Assembly: GCF_044704955.1 (NCBI RefSeq) | Contig: NW_027254419.1 | Coordinates: forward strand, 310,001-374,000 | Reading direction: 5' to 3' | From: Pristiophorus japonicus | Lineage: Eukaryota | DNA: 64,000 nt | In this document: in pieces, positions 14,546 through 29,500 of the stretch | Layout of the letters: every line of letters starts with the position of its first letter | Position numbering within the stretch: the first letter of the stretch is position 1 | The notes under the pieces: model-generated | Database searches by the model: none | The model's input: the letters and a program-made list of their open reading frames with translations, nothing else | Told to the model about the DNA's origin: nothing | Program-made: the position numbers and the translations under genes

Positions 14546-17500
14546 CTGTACACTGCCTGGTGCTTCTCAGTCCAACTCCCTCAGGGTGATATCGGGACAC
14601 TGACTGGTATCTCTCAGTCCCTCTCTTTCAGGCACATATCTGTACACTGACTGGTGTCTCTCCGTCCCACTCCCTCAGGGACATATCAGTACACTGACTT
14701 GTATCTCTCAGTCCCTCTATCTCAGAGTGATATATGTACACTGACTGGTGTCTCGCAGTCCCTCCCTCTCGGGAATAAATCTGTACACTCACTGATGTCT
14801 TCCAGTCCCTCTCCTTCAGGGAGATAGCTGTACACTGACTGCTGTCTCTCAGTCCCTCTCCCTCAGGGAGATATCTGTACACTGACACGTGTCATTCTGT
14901 CCTCTCTCCCTCACGGATGTATCTGTATACTGAATGGTGTCTCGAAGTCCCCAATCTCTCACGTAGATATCTGTACACTGACTGGTGTCTTTCAGTCCAA
15001 TCTCCATCAGGGAGATATTTGTACTCCGACTGGTGTCTCTCAGTCCCTCTCCCTCAGGGAGATATCTGCACTCTGGCGGATGTCTCTCAGTCTCTCTGTT
15101 CCTCAGGGAGATATCTGTACAATGAATGGTGTCTCTCGGTCCTTCCCCTCAGGGAGATATCTGTTCATTGACTGGTGTCTCAAAGTCCCTCTCACTCTCA
15201 CGGATATATCTGTACACGGACTTGTATCTCTCAGTCCCTCTCCCTCAGCGACATATCGGTACACTGTTTGGTGTGCTTCAGTCCCTCCCTCTCAGGGTGA
15301 TATCTGTACATTGACTGGTGTCTCTCAGGGAGATATCTGTACACTGACTGGTGCCTCTCAGTAACTCCCGCTCAGGGAGATATCTGCCCACTGACTGGTG
15401 CCTCTCAGTAACTCCCTCTCAGGGAGATAACTTTACACTGGCTGGTGTCTCTCAGGCCCTCCCTCCCTTGGAGACATCGGTACAATGACTGTTGCCTCTC
15501 AGTTCCTCTCCCCCTGGCAGATATCTGTTCACTGATTGGTGTCTCTCAATTCCTCTCCCTAACGGACATATATGTACATTGACTGGTATCTCTCAGTACC
15601 ACCCTCTCAGTGTGATATCTGTACACTGACTGCTGTCTGTCAGTTTCTTTCCCTCAGGGAGACATCAGTACGCTGACTTGCGTCTCCCAGTTACTCACTC
15701 TCAGGGAGATATCTGTACACTAACTGGTGTCTCTCAGTCTCTCTCCCTCAGGGAGATATCTGTACACTGACTGGTGTCTCTCAGTCCCTCCCTCTCAGGG
15801 AGATATCAGTAAACTGACTGGTGTCTCTCAGTCGCTCTCTCTTATGGACATGTCTATACATTGACTGATGTCTCTCAGTTCCTCTCCCTCAGGGATATAT
15901 ATGTACACTGACGGGTATCTCTCAGTCCATCTCCATCAGGGAGATATCGGTACACTGTTAGGTGTGCCTCAGTCCCTCCCTCTCAGGGAGATATCTGTAC
16001 ACTGACTGGTATCTCTCAGTCCCTCTCCCTCAGGGAGATATATGTACGCTGAATGGTGTCTCTCAGTCCCTCTAACTCAGGGAGATATCTGTACACTGAC
16101 TGGTGTCTCTCAGGCCCTCGTTCCCTGGGAGATATCGGTACACTGACTGTTGCCTGTCAGTCCCTCTCCCTCTGGCAGATATCTGTTCACTGATTAGTTC
16201 CTCTCAGTTCCTTTTACTAACGGACATATATGTACACTGACGGGTATCTCTCAGTCCCTCTCCATCAATGAGATATCTGTTCACGAACTGGACTCTCTCA
16301 TTCTCTGCCTCACAGGGAGATATCTTTGCGCTGACTGGTGTCTCTCAGTCCCTCTCACACAGGGAGATATCTATATACTGACTGGTGTCTCTTAGTACCT
16401 CCCTCTCAGGAAGATATCTGTCCTCAGGCTGATGTCTCTCAGTCCCCTCTCCCTCCGTGAGATATCTGTACACTGGCTGGTGTCTCTCATTCCCTCTCCC
16501 TCATGGAGATATCTATACAATGACTGGTGTCTCTCAGTACCACCCTCTCTGGGTGATATCTGTACACTGACTGCTGTCTCTCAGTCCCTCTCCCTCAGGA
16601 TGATATCTGTACACTGATTGGTGTCTCTCAGTCTCCCTCCCTCATGATCATATCTGTACACTGACTGGTGTCTCTCAGTCCCTCCCTTTCAGGGAGAAAT
16701 CTGTACACTGACTGGTGTCTCTCAGTTGCTCCCTCTCAGGGAGATATCTGTATACTGACTGGTGTCTCTCAATCCGTCTCCCTAAAGGAGATATCGGTAC
16801 ACTGACTGAAGTCTCTCAGTCTCTCTGTCTCTCAGCGATATATCTGTGCACTGACTGGTGTCTCGCAGTCCATCTCCCTCTGGGATATATCTTTAAACTG
16901 AGAAGTCTCTCAGTGCCTCTCCCTCAGGAAGATATCTGTACACTGACTGGTGCTTCTCGGTCCCACTCCCTCCGGGAGATATCTGTGCACTGACTGGTGT
17001 CTCTCAGTCCCTCTCCCTCAAGGAGATATCTGTGATCTGATTGATGTCTCTCAGTCTCTCTGTCTCTCAGCGAGATATCTGTACACTGTCTGGTGTCTCT
17101 CAGTCCCTCTCCCTCAGGGAGATATCTATATACTGACTGGTCTAGCTCAGTACATCCAAATCAGGGAGATATCTGTACACTGGCTGGTTTCTCTCAGTCC
17201 CTTGCTCCCTGGGAGATATCGGAACACTTCTGGTGCCCCTCAGTCCCTATCCCTCTGGCATATATCTGTTCACTGATTGGTGTCTCTCAGTTCTTCTCTT
17301 TAACGGATATAAATGTACACTGACGGGTTCTTTCAGTCCCTCTCCATCAATGAGATATCTGTACACGGACTGGTTTCTCTCATTCTCTGCCTCACAGGGA
17401 GATATAGTTGCGGTGACTGGTCTCTCTCAGTCTCTCTCCGTCAGGTGATATCTATACACTGACTGGTGTCTCTCAGTACCTCCCTCTCAGGGTGATATCT

Positions 17501-20500
17501 GTACACTGACTGGTGTCTCTCAGACCCTCTCCCTCAGGGAGATATCTGTACACTGACTGGGATCTGTCACTCCCTCCCTCTCAGGGAGATATCTGATCAC
17601 TGATTGGTGTCTCTCAGTTCACTGTTCCTCAGGGACACTTCTGTACACTGACTTCTGTATCTCAGTCCCTCTCCCTCATGGAGATATCTCTCTTCACACT
17701 GATGTCTCTCAGTCCCCTCTCCCTCAGGGAGATATCTGTACACTGACTGGTGTCTCTCATTCCCTCTCCCTCAGGGAGATATCTATACACTGACTGGTAT
17801 CTCTCAGTCCCTCTCCCTCAGGGAGATATCTGTACACTGACTGGTGTCTCATATTCCCTCTCCCTCAGGGAGATATCTGTACACTGACTGGTCTCCTTCA
17901 GTACCACTCTCTCAGGGTGATATCTGTACACTGACTGCTGTCTGTCAGTTCTTCTCCCTCAGGGAGACATCTGTACACTGACTGGCGTCTCCCAGTTGCT
18001 CCCTCTTCGGGAGTTATCTGTAAACTGACTGATGTCTCTCAGTCCTTCTCTCTCAGGATGACATCTGCACACTGATTGGTGTCTCTCAGTCCCTCTCCCT
18101 CAGGGAGATATCATTAAACTGACTGCTGTCTCTCAGTTTCTCTCCCTTATGGACATGTCTGTACATTGACTGTTGTCTGTCAATTGCTCTCCCTCAGCGA
18201 TATATATGTACACTGAAGGGTAGATCTCAATGAATCTCCATCATTGCGATATCTGTACACTGACTGCTGACTCTAATTCCCTGCCTCTAAGGGTGATATC
18301 TGTACAATAACTGGTTTATCTCAATCCCTCACTCTCATGGAGATATCTGTACATTGACTTTTGCCTCTCAGTGACTCTCCCTCAGGGAGATATCTGCACA
18401 CTGACTGGTGTTTGAAAATCCATCTCTCTCACGGACACATCTGTACACGGACTGGGGACTCTTAATCCCTTCTCCTCTGGGACATATCCGTACACTGACT
18501 TGTATCTTTCAGTTCCTCCCTCTCAGGTGATATATGTTCACTGACTGGTGTCTGGAATTCCCCAATTTCTCAGTGAGATATCTGTACACTGACTGGTGTC
18601 TCTCAGTCCTTCCCTCTCAGGGTGATATCGGTACACTGACTGGTGTCTCTCAGTACCTCCCTCTCAGGGTGATATCTGTACACTGACTGGCGTCTCTCAG
18701 TTGCTCCCTCGTAGGGAGATATCAGTACACTGACTGTTGTCTCTCAGTCCCCCTCCCTCAGGGTGATATCTGTACACTGACTGGTGTCTCTCAATCCCTC
18801 TCACTAAGGGAGATATCGGTACACTGACTGATCTCTCTCAGTCTCTCTGTCTCTCAGGGATATATCTGTGCACTGACTGGTCTCTCAGTCCATTTCCCAC
18901 AGGGAAATAACTGTACACTGACTGGTGTCTCTCAGTCCTTCTCCCTCTGGGAGATAGCTTTAAACTGAGTGGTCTCTCAGACCCTCTCCCTCAGGAAGAT
19001 ATCTGTACACTGACTGATGTCTCTCAGTCTCTCTTTCTCTCAGGGAGATATCTGTACACTGCCTGGTGTATCTCAGTCCCTCTCCCTCAGGGAGATATCT
19101 ATATACTGACTGGTCCCGCTCAGTACCTTCAACTCAGGGAGATATCTGTACACTGACTGGTGCCTCTCAGTAACTCCCTCTCAGGGAGATATCTGCCCAC
19201 TGTCTGGTTTCCCTCAGTCCCTCCCTCCCTGGGAGCTATCAGAACACTTCTGGTGCCTCTCAGTCCCTCTCCCTCTGGCAGATATCTGTTCACGGATTGG
19301 TGTCTCTCAGTTCTTCTCCCGAACGGATATATATGTACACTGATGGAAATCTCTCAGTCCCTCTCCATCAATGAGATATCTGTACACAGACTGGTGTCTC
19401 TCATTCTCTGCCTCACAGGGAGATATCTTTGCGGTGACTGGTCTCTCTCAGTCTCTCTCCGTCAGGTGATATCTATACACTGACTGGTGTCTCTCAGTAC
19501 CTCCCTCTCAGCTTGATATCTGTACACTGACTGGTGTCTCTCAGACCCTTTCCCTCCGGGAGATATCTGTACACCGACTGGTGTCTCTCAGTCCCTCCCT
19601 CTCAGGGAGATATCAGTAAACTGACTGATGCCTCTCAGTCCCTCTCCCTCTGGAGGATATCTGTTCACTGATTGGTGTCTCTCAGTTCCTCTCCCTACCA
19701 AACATTTATATACACTGACGGGTATCTCTCAGTCTCTCTCCATCAATTAGATATCTGTTCACGGACTGGTGTCTCTCATTCTCTGCTTCTGAGGGTAATA
19801 TCTGTAAATTGACTTGTGCCTCTCAGTGCCTCTCCCTCAGGGACATATCTGCGCACTGACTGGTGTCTCAAAGACCCTTTCTCTTACGGAATCATCTGTA
19901 CACGGACTGGGGACTCTTAGTCCCTTCCCCTCAGCGTCATATCTGTACACTGACTTGTATCTCTCAGTTTCTCTCTCTCAGGGTGATATCTGTTCACTGA
20001 CTGGTGTCTCGAATTCTCCAATTTCTCAGTGAGATATCTGTACACTGACTGGTGTCTCTCAGTACCTCCCTCTCAGGGTGATATCTGTACGCTGACTGGA
20101 GTCTCTCAGTACCTCCCTCTCAGGGTGATATCTGCACACTGACTGGAGTCTCTCAGTTGCTCGCTCTCAGGGAGATATCAGTACACTGACTGTTGTATCT
20201 CAGTCCCTCTCCCTCAGGGTGATATCTGTCCACTGACTGGTGTCTCTCAATCCCTCTACCTAAGGGAGATATCGGTACACTGACTGATCTCTCTCAGTCT
20301 CTCTCTCTCTCAGGGATATATCTGTGCACTAACTGGTCTCTCAGTCCATTTCCCTCAGGGAAATATCTGTACACTGACTGGTGCTTCTCAGTCCCACTCA
20401 CTCCGGGAGATATCTGTGCACTGACTGGTGTCTCTCAGTCCCTCTCCCTCAAGGAGATATCTGTCCTCTGACTGATGTCTCTCAGTCTCTCTGTCTCTCA

Positions 20501-23500
20501 GGGAGATATCTGTACACTCCCTGGTGTCTCTCAGTCCCTCTCCCTCACGGAGATATCTATACACTGACTGTTCTCTCTTAGTACCTCCAAATCAGGGAGA
20601 TATCTGTACACTGACTGGTCCCTCTCAGTAACTCCCTCTCAAGGAGATATCGGTAAACTGACTGGTGCCTCTCAGTCCCTCTCCCTCTGGAAGATATCTG
20701 TTCACTGATTGGTGTCTCTCAGTTCCTATTCCTAACGGAGATATATATGTACACTGACGGGTATCTCTCAGTCCCTCTCCGTCAATTATATATCTGTACA
20801 TGGACTTGTGTCTCTCATTCTCTGCCTCACATGGTGATATCTTTGCGCTGACTGGTGTCTCTCAGTCCCACTCCCTCAGGGATATATGTATACACTGACT
20901 GGTGTCTCTCAGTACCTTCCTCTCAGGGTGATATCAGTACACTGACTGGTGTCTCTCATTCCCTCTCCCTCAGTGAGATATCTATACACTGACTGGTGTC
21001 TCTCAGTTCCTCTCCCTCAGGGAGATATCTGTACACTGACTGGTCTCTCTCAGTACCACCCTCTCAGGGTGATATCTGTACACTTACTGCTGTCTGTCAG
21101 TTCCTCTCCCTCAGTGAGTTATCTGTACACTGACTGGTGTCTCTGAGTCTCTCTTCCTCAGGATGATATCTTTACACTGACTGGTATCTCTCAGTCCCTC
21201 TCCCTCAGGGATATATCTGTACAATGACTGGTCTCTCTCAGTGCGACTCTCTCAGGGTGATATCTGTACACTGACTGCTATCTGTCAATTCCTCTCCCTC
21301 AGGGAGACATCTGTACACTGACTGGCGTCACCCAGTTGCTGCCTCTTAGGGAAATATCTGTAAACTGACTGATGTCTCTCAGTCCCTCTCCCTCAGGATG
21401 ACATCTGTACACTGACTGGTGTCTCTCAGTCCCTCTGTTTGAGGGACATATCTGTACACTGACTGTATCTCTCAGTCCCTCTCCCTCAGGGAGATATCAG
21501 TACACTGACTTGTATCTCTCAGTCCCTCCCTCTCAGAGTGATATCTGTATACTGACTGGTGTCTCTCAGTCCCTCTACCTCAGAGAGATATCTGTACACT
21601 GATTGGTGTCTCTCAGTCCCTCTCCTTCTCGGAGATATCCGTACACTGACCAGTGTCATTCTGTGCCCTCTCCCTCAGTGAGATATCTGTACACTGACTT
21701 GTGTCTCTCAGTTTTTCTCTTTCAGGGACATATCTGAAAACTGACTGGTATCTCTCAGTCCCTCTTCCTCAGGTAGATATCTGCACTCTCACTGGTATTT
21801 CTCAGTTCCTCTCCCTCAGGGGGATATCTGTTCACTGACTGTTGTCTTTCAGTCCCGCTCCCTCATGGTGATATCAGTACACTGACTGGTGTCTCTCAGT
21901 CACTCTCCCTCAGGAAGATATTTGTATACTGATATCTCTCAGTCTCTCTGTCTCTCAGGGAGATATCGGTACACTGGCTGGTCTCGCAGTTCCTGTGCGT
22001 CAGGGACATTTCTGTTCCCTGATTGGTGTCTCTCAGTCCCTTTCCCCCATGGACATATCTGTACACGGACTGGTGTCTCTCAGTCCCTCACACTCAGGAA
22101 GATATCTGTACACTCACTGATGTCTTGTAGTCCCTCTCCTTCAGGGAGATAGCTCTATACTGACTGCTGTCTCTCAGTCCCTCTCCGTCAGGGATATATA
22201 TGTATACTGACTGGTGTCTCTAAGTCTCCAATCTCTCAGGGAGATATCTGTACACTGACTGGTGACTCTCAGTCCACTATCTGTCAGGGAGATATCTGCA
22301 TTCTGACTGATGTCTCTCAGTCTCTCTGTCTCTCAGGGAGATATCTGTACACTGACTGCTGTCTCTCAGTCCCTCTCCCTCAGGGAGATATCTGACGGGT
22401 ATCTCTCAGTCCCTTTCTCTCAGGGAGATATCTGTACACTGATTGTTGTCTCTCAGTCGCTCGGCGTCAGGACACATCTGTACACTGAATGATGTCTCCC
22501 AGTTCCTCTCCCTCAGGGAGATATCTGCACACTCACCGGTGTCTCTCAGTCCCTCTCTCTCAGGGACATATCTTTACACTGACTGGTATATCTCAGTCCC
22601 TCTACCACAGCGACATATCTGTACACTGACTGGTGTCCCGCAGCTTTCCCTCTCAGGGAGATATCTGTACACTGACTGGTGTCTCTCTGTACCTCCCTCT
22701 CAGGGTGATGTCTGTACACTGACTGGTGTCTCTCAGTCCCTCACCCTCAGGCAGATATCTGTACACTGACTGATTTCTCTCATTCGCTCCCTCTCAGGGA
22801 GATATCTGTTCACTGCCTGGTGTCTGTTAATCCCTCTCCATCAGGGAGATATCTGTATACTGACTGGTGTCTTGAAGTCCCCAAGCTCTCAGGGAGATAT
22901 CTGTACACTGACTGGTGAGTCTCAGTCCACTCTCCGTCCTGGAGAAATCTGCATTCTGATTGATGACTCTCAGTTTGTCTCTCCCTCACGGTGATATCTG
23001 TACACTGACTGCTGTTTGTCAGTCCTTCTCCCTCAGGGAGATATCTGTGCACTCACTGGTCTCTTAGTCCATTTCCCTCAGGGACATATCTTACACTGAC
23101 TGGTGTCTCTCATTCCTTCTCCCTCAGGGAGATATCTGTATACTGACTGCTCTCTCAGTCCCTCTCCCTCAGGGACATATCAGGACACTGAGTTGCATCT
23201 CTCAGTCCCTCCCTCTCAGAGTGACATCTGTACACTGACTGATGCGTCTCAGTCCAACTACCTGAGGCAGATATCTGTACACTGAGGGGTGCCTCTCTGT
23301 CCCTCCCTCTCACAGAGATATCTGTACACTGACTGGTGTCTCTCAATCCCTCTGTTTGAGGGACATATCTGTACACTGACTGCATCTCTCAGTCCCTCTC
23401 CCTCAGGGAGATATCAGTACACTGACTTGTATCTCACAGTCCGTCCCTCTCAGAGTGATATCTGCACACAGACTTGTGTCTCTCAGTCCCTCTCCCTCAG

Positions 23501-26500
23501 GGAGATATCTGTACACTGATTGGTGTCTCTCAGTCCCTCTCCTTCTCGGAGATATCTGCACACTGACCAGTGTCATTCTGTGCCCTCTCCCTCAGTGAGA
23601 TATCTGTACACTGACTTGTGTCTCTCAGTCTTTCTCTTTCAGGGACATATCTGAAAACTGACGGGTATATCTCAGTCCCTCTACCACAGCGACATATCTG
23701 TACACTGACTGGTGTCCCGCAGCTTTCCCTCTCAGGGAGATAGCTGCAGTGACTAGTATCTTATTCGCTCTCCATCATGAACATATCTATACATTGACTG
23801 GTGTCTCTCAGTTCCTCTCGCCCAGGGATAGATATGTACTATGACAGGTATCTCTCAGTCCATCTCCCTCATGGAGATATCTGTACACTGACTTGTGTCT
23901 CTCATTCCCTGCCTCTGAGGGTGATATCTGCACACTGAATGGTGTCCCTCAATCCTTCACTCTCATGGAGATATCTGTACACTGACTTGAGTCTCTCAGT
24001 CCCTCTCATTCAGGGAGACATCTGTACACTGACTGGCGTCTCTCAGTTGCTCCCTCTCAGGGAGATATCTGTGAAGTGACTTGTGTCTCTCAGTCCCTCT
24101 CCCTCCGGGTGATATCTGTTCACTGACTGGTGTCTCCCTATCCCTTTCCTTGAGAGAGATATCTGTACAGTGACTGAATTCTATCAGTCACTCAGTCTCT
24201 CAGGGAGATATCTGTGCACTGACTCGCCTCAGTCCATTTCCCTCAGGGATATATCTGTACACTGACTGGTGCCTCTCAGTCCTTCTCCCTCTGGGAGATA
24301 TCTGTATACTGACTGGTGTCTCAGTCCCACACCCTCAGGGACATATCAGGACACTGAGTTGCATCTCTCAGTCACTCTCTCTCAGAGTGATATCTGTACA
24401 CTGAATGGTGTCTCTCAGTCCATCTGCCGAAGTGAGATATCTGCATACTGCCTGTTTTTCTCAGTCCCTCTCCCTCAGGGAGATATCTGTACACTGACTG
24501 GTGTCTCTCAGTCCACCTCCCTCACGGAGATATCAGTACACTGACCAGTGTCATTCTGTGCCCTCTCCCTCAGTGAGATATCTGTACACTGACTTGTGTC
24601 TCTCAGTTTTTCTCTTTCAGGGACATATCTGAAAACTGACTCGTATCTCTCAGTCCCTCTACCTCAGGTAGATATCTGCACTCTCACTGGTATCTCTCAG
24701 TCCCTCTCCCTCAGGGAGATATCTGTTCACTGACTGTTGTCTTTCAGTCCCGCTCCCTCATGGTGATATCAGTACACTGACTGGTGTCTCTCAGTCACTC
24801 TCCCTCAGGAAGATATTTGTATACTGATATCTCTCAGTCTCTCTGTCTCTCAGGGAGATATCGGTACACTGGCTCGTCTCGCAGTTCCTGTGCCTCAGGG
24901 ACATTTCTGTTCCCTGATTGGTGTCTCTCAGTTCCTTTCCCCCATGGACATATCTGTACACGGACTGGTGTCTCTCAGTCGCTCTCCTCAGGGAGATATC
25001 TGCAGTGACTGGCATCTAATTCGCTCTCCATCATGAACATATCTATACATTGACTGGTGTCTCTCAGTTCCTCTCGCGCAGGGATAGATATGTATTATGA
25101 CGAGTATCTCTCAGTTCATCTCCCTCAGGGAGATATCTGTACACTGACTGGTCTCTCTCATTCCCTGCCTCTGAGGGTGATATCTGTACACTGAATGGTG
25201 TCCCTCAATCCTTCACTCTCATGGAGATATCTGTATACTGACTTGAGTCTCTCAGTCCCTCTCCCTCAGGGAGACATCTGTACACTGACTGGCGTCTCTC
25301 AGTTGCTCCCTCTCAGGGAGATATCTGTGAACTGACTTGTGTCTCTCAGTCCCTCTCCCTCAAGGTGATTTCTGTACACTGACTGGTGTCTCTCAATCCC
25401 TTTCCTTGAGAGAGATATCTGTACAGTGACTGATGTCTATCAGTCACTCAGTCTCTCAGGGAGATATCTGTGCTCTGACTCGCCTCTCAGTCCATTTCAC
25501 TCAGGGACATACCTGTACACTGACTGGTGCCTCTCAGTCCTTCTCCCTCTGGGAGATATCTGTTTACTGACTGGTCTCTCAGTCCCACACCCTCAGGGAC
25601 ATATCAGGACACTGAGATGTATCTCTCAGTCACTCCCTCTCAGAGTGATATCTGTACACTGAATGGTGCCTCTCACTCCATCTCCCTTCGTGAGATATCT
25701 GTACACTGACTGTTTTTCTCAATCCCTCTCCCTCAGGGAGATATCTGTACACTGACTGGTGTCTCTCAGTCCATCTCCCTCATGGAGATATCTCTACACT
25801 GAGCAGTGTCATTCTGTCCCCTCTCCCTTTGGGAGATATCTGTATACTGACTGGTGTCTCGAAGTCCCAAATCTGTCACGCAGATATCTGTACACTGACA
25901 GGTGTCTCTCAGTCCCTCTCTTTCAGGGACATATCTGAAGACTGACTGGCATCTCTCAGTCCCTCTCCCTCAGGGAGATATCTGTACTCTGACTGATGTC
26001 TCTCAGTTTCTCTCACTCAGGGAGTTATCTGTAAACTGAATGGTGTCTCTCAGTCTCTCTCCCTCATGGACATTTCTGTACACTGACTGGTGTCTCCAAG
26101 CCGCTCTCCCTCATGGACATATCTGTACATTGACTGGTGACTCACGGTTCCGCTTGCTCAGGGATAGATATGTACACTGACGTGGTATCTCTCAGTCCAT
26201 CTCCCTCAGGGAGATATCTGTACACTGACTGGTGTCTCTCATTCCCTGCCTCTGAGGGTGATATCTGTACACTGACTGGTGTCCGTCAATCCTTCACTCT
26301 CATGGAGATATCTGTACACTGACTGGTGTCTCTCAGTCCCTCTCTCTCAGGGACTTATCTGTACACTGACTGGTATCTCTCAGTCCCTCTCCCTCAACGA
26401 CATATCTGTACACTGACTGGTGTCTCTGAGTCCCTCCCTCTGAGGTAGTAATTTGTACACTGGCTGGCGTCTCTCAGTTGCCCCTCTCAGGGAGATGTCT

Positions 26501-29500
26501 GTGCACGGACTGGTGTCTCTAAGTCCCTCTCCCTCAGGGTGATATCTGTACACTGACTGGTGTCACTCAATCTTTCCCCTCAGGGACATATCTATACACT
26601 GACTGGTGTCTCTCAGTCCTTCCCTCTCAGAGGGATATCTGTACACTGACTGGTATATCTCAGTCCATCTCCCTCAGGGACATATCTGTACACTGACTGG
26701 TGTCTCTCAGTCCTTCCCTCTCAGAGGGATATCTGTACACTGACTGGTATCTCTCAGTCCATCTCCCTCAGGGACATATCAGTACACTGAGTTGTATCTC
26801 TCAGTCCCTCCCTCTCAGTGTGATATCTGTACACTGACTGTTGTCTCTCAGTCCCTCCCTCTCAGGTAGATTTCTGTACATTGACTGGTGTCTCTCAGTC
26901 CCTCTCCCTCACGCAGATATCAGTACACTGACTGGTGTCTCTCAGTCCCTCTCCCTCACGGAGATATCTATACACTGACCAGTGTCATTCTGCCCCCTCT
27001 CCCTCAGGGACATATCTGAACAGTGACTGGAATCTCTCAGTCCCTCTCCCTCAGGGTGCTATCTGTGCACTGAATGGTGTCTCTCAGTACTACTTCTCAG
27101 TGTGATATCTGAACACTAACTGGTGTCTCTCAGTCCCTCTCCTTCAGAGAGATATCTGTACACTAACTGGCTTCTCAATCCCTCTCCCTCATGGAGATAT
27201 TTGTACACAGACCGGTGTCTTTCTGTCCCCTCGCCCTCAGCGCGATATCTGTATACTGGTTGGTGGCACGAAGTCCCCAATCTCTTAGGAAGGTGTCTGT
27301 ACACTGACTGGTGTATCTCAGTCCACTCACACTCAGGGAGATATCTGTACACTCACTGGTATCTTGCAGTCCCTCTCCCTCAGGGAAATATCTGTACTCT
27401 GACTGATGTCTCCCGTCTCTCTGTCTCTCAGGGAGATATCTGGACACTGTCTCTTCACAGAATCCCTCTCCCTCAGGGACATATCTGTACACTGAATGGT
27501 GCCTCTTTCTCCCTCTCCCTCAGGGAGATATCTGTACACTGAATGGTGTATCTCAGTACCTCCTTCTCAGTGTTATATCTGAACACTGACTGCTGTCTCT
27601 CAGTCCCTCTCCCTTAGGGAAATATCTGTACACTGACTGGCGTCTCTCAGTCCCTCCCTTTCAGGGAGATAGCTTTTCACTGACGGTTGTCTCTAAGTCC
27701 CTCTCCCTCAGGACGCATCTGCACACTGACTGTGTATCTCAGTGCCGCTCCCTCAGGCAGATATCTATAGACTGACTGGTGTTTCTTCGTACCTCCCTCT
27801 CAGGCTAATATCTGTAAACTGACTCGTGTCTCTCAGTACCTCCTTCTCAGTGTAATATCTGAACACTGACTGGTGTCTCTAAGTCCCTCTCCCTCAGGGT
27901 GATATCTGTACACTGACTGGTGTCTCTCAATCCCTCTCCGTCAGGGATATATCTGTATACTGACTGGTGTCTCTAAGTCTCCAATCTCTCAGGGAGATAT
28001 CTGTACACTGACTGGTGACTCTCAGTCCACTATCTGTCAGGGAGATATCTGTACACTGACTGCTGTCTCTCAGTCCCTCTCCCTCAGGGAGATATCTGAC
28101 GGGTATCTCTCATTCCCTGCCTCTGAGGGTGATATCTGTACTCTGACTGGTGTCTCTCAATCCCTCACTCTCATGGCGATATCTGTACACTTACTTATTT
28201 CTCTCAGTCCCTCTCCCTCAGGGAGATATCTGTACACTGATTGTTGTCTCTCAGTCGCTCGGCGTCAGGACACATCTGTACACTGAATGATGTCTCCCAG
28301 TCCCTCTCCCTCAGGGAGATATCTGTACACTCACCGGTGTCTCTCAGTCCCTCTCTCTCAGGGACATATCTGTACACTAACTGGTATATCTCAGTCCCTC
28401 TACCACAGCGACATATCTGTACACTGACTGGTGTTCCGCAGCTTTCCCTCTCAGGGAGATATCTGTACACTGACTGGTGTCCCTCAGTCCCTCCCTCTCA
28501 GGGTGATATCTGTACACTGACTGATTTCTCTCAGTCCCTCATCCTCAGGCAGATATCGTAACACGGACTGATTTCTCTCATTCGCTCCCTCTCAGGGAGA
28601 TATCTGTGCACTGACTGGTGTCTCTCAGTTTCTCTCTCCCTCAGGGAGATATCTGTACACTGACTGTTGTCTGTCAGTCCTTCTCCCTCAGGGAGACATC
28701 TATACACTGACTGGCGTCTCTCAGTTGCTCCCTCTCAGGGAGATATCTGTACACTGACTGATGTCTATCAATATCTCAGTCTCTCAGGGAGATATCTGTG
28801 CACTGACTGGTCTCTTAGTCCATTTCCCTCAGGGACATATCTGTACACTGACTGGTGTCTCTCAGTCCTTCTCCCTCAGGGAGATATCTGTATACTGACT
28901 GGTCTCTCAGTCCCTCTCCCTCAGGGACATATCAGGACACTAAGTTGCAACTCTCAGTCCCTCCCTCTCAGAGTGATATCTGTACACTGACTGATGCGTC
29001 TCAGTCCAACTACCTGAGGTAGATATCTGTACACTGAGGGGTGTCTCTCAGTCCCTCCCTCTCACAGAGATATCTGTACACTGACTAGTGTCTCTCAGTC
29101 CCTCTCCCTCTCACTGAGGTAGCTGTACACTGCCTGGTGTCTCTCAATCCCTTGTTTTGAGGGACATATCTTTACATGGACTGTAACTCTCAGCCCCTCT
29201 CCCTCAGGGAGATATCAGTACACTGACTGGTGTCTCTCAGTCCCCTCTCCCTCAGGGACATATCTGTACACTGACTGGTGTCTCTCAGTCCTTCTCCCTC
29301 AGGGAGATATCTGTATACTGACTGGTCTCTCAGTCCCTCTCCCTCAGGGTCATATCAGGACACTAAGTTGCAACTCTCAGTCCCTCCCTCTCAGAGTGAT
29401 ATCTGTACACTGACTGATGCGTCTCAGTCCAACTACCTGAGGTAGATATCTGTACACTGAGGGGTGTCTCTCAGTCCCTCCCTCTCACAGAGATATCTGT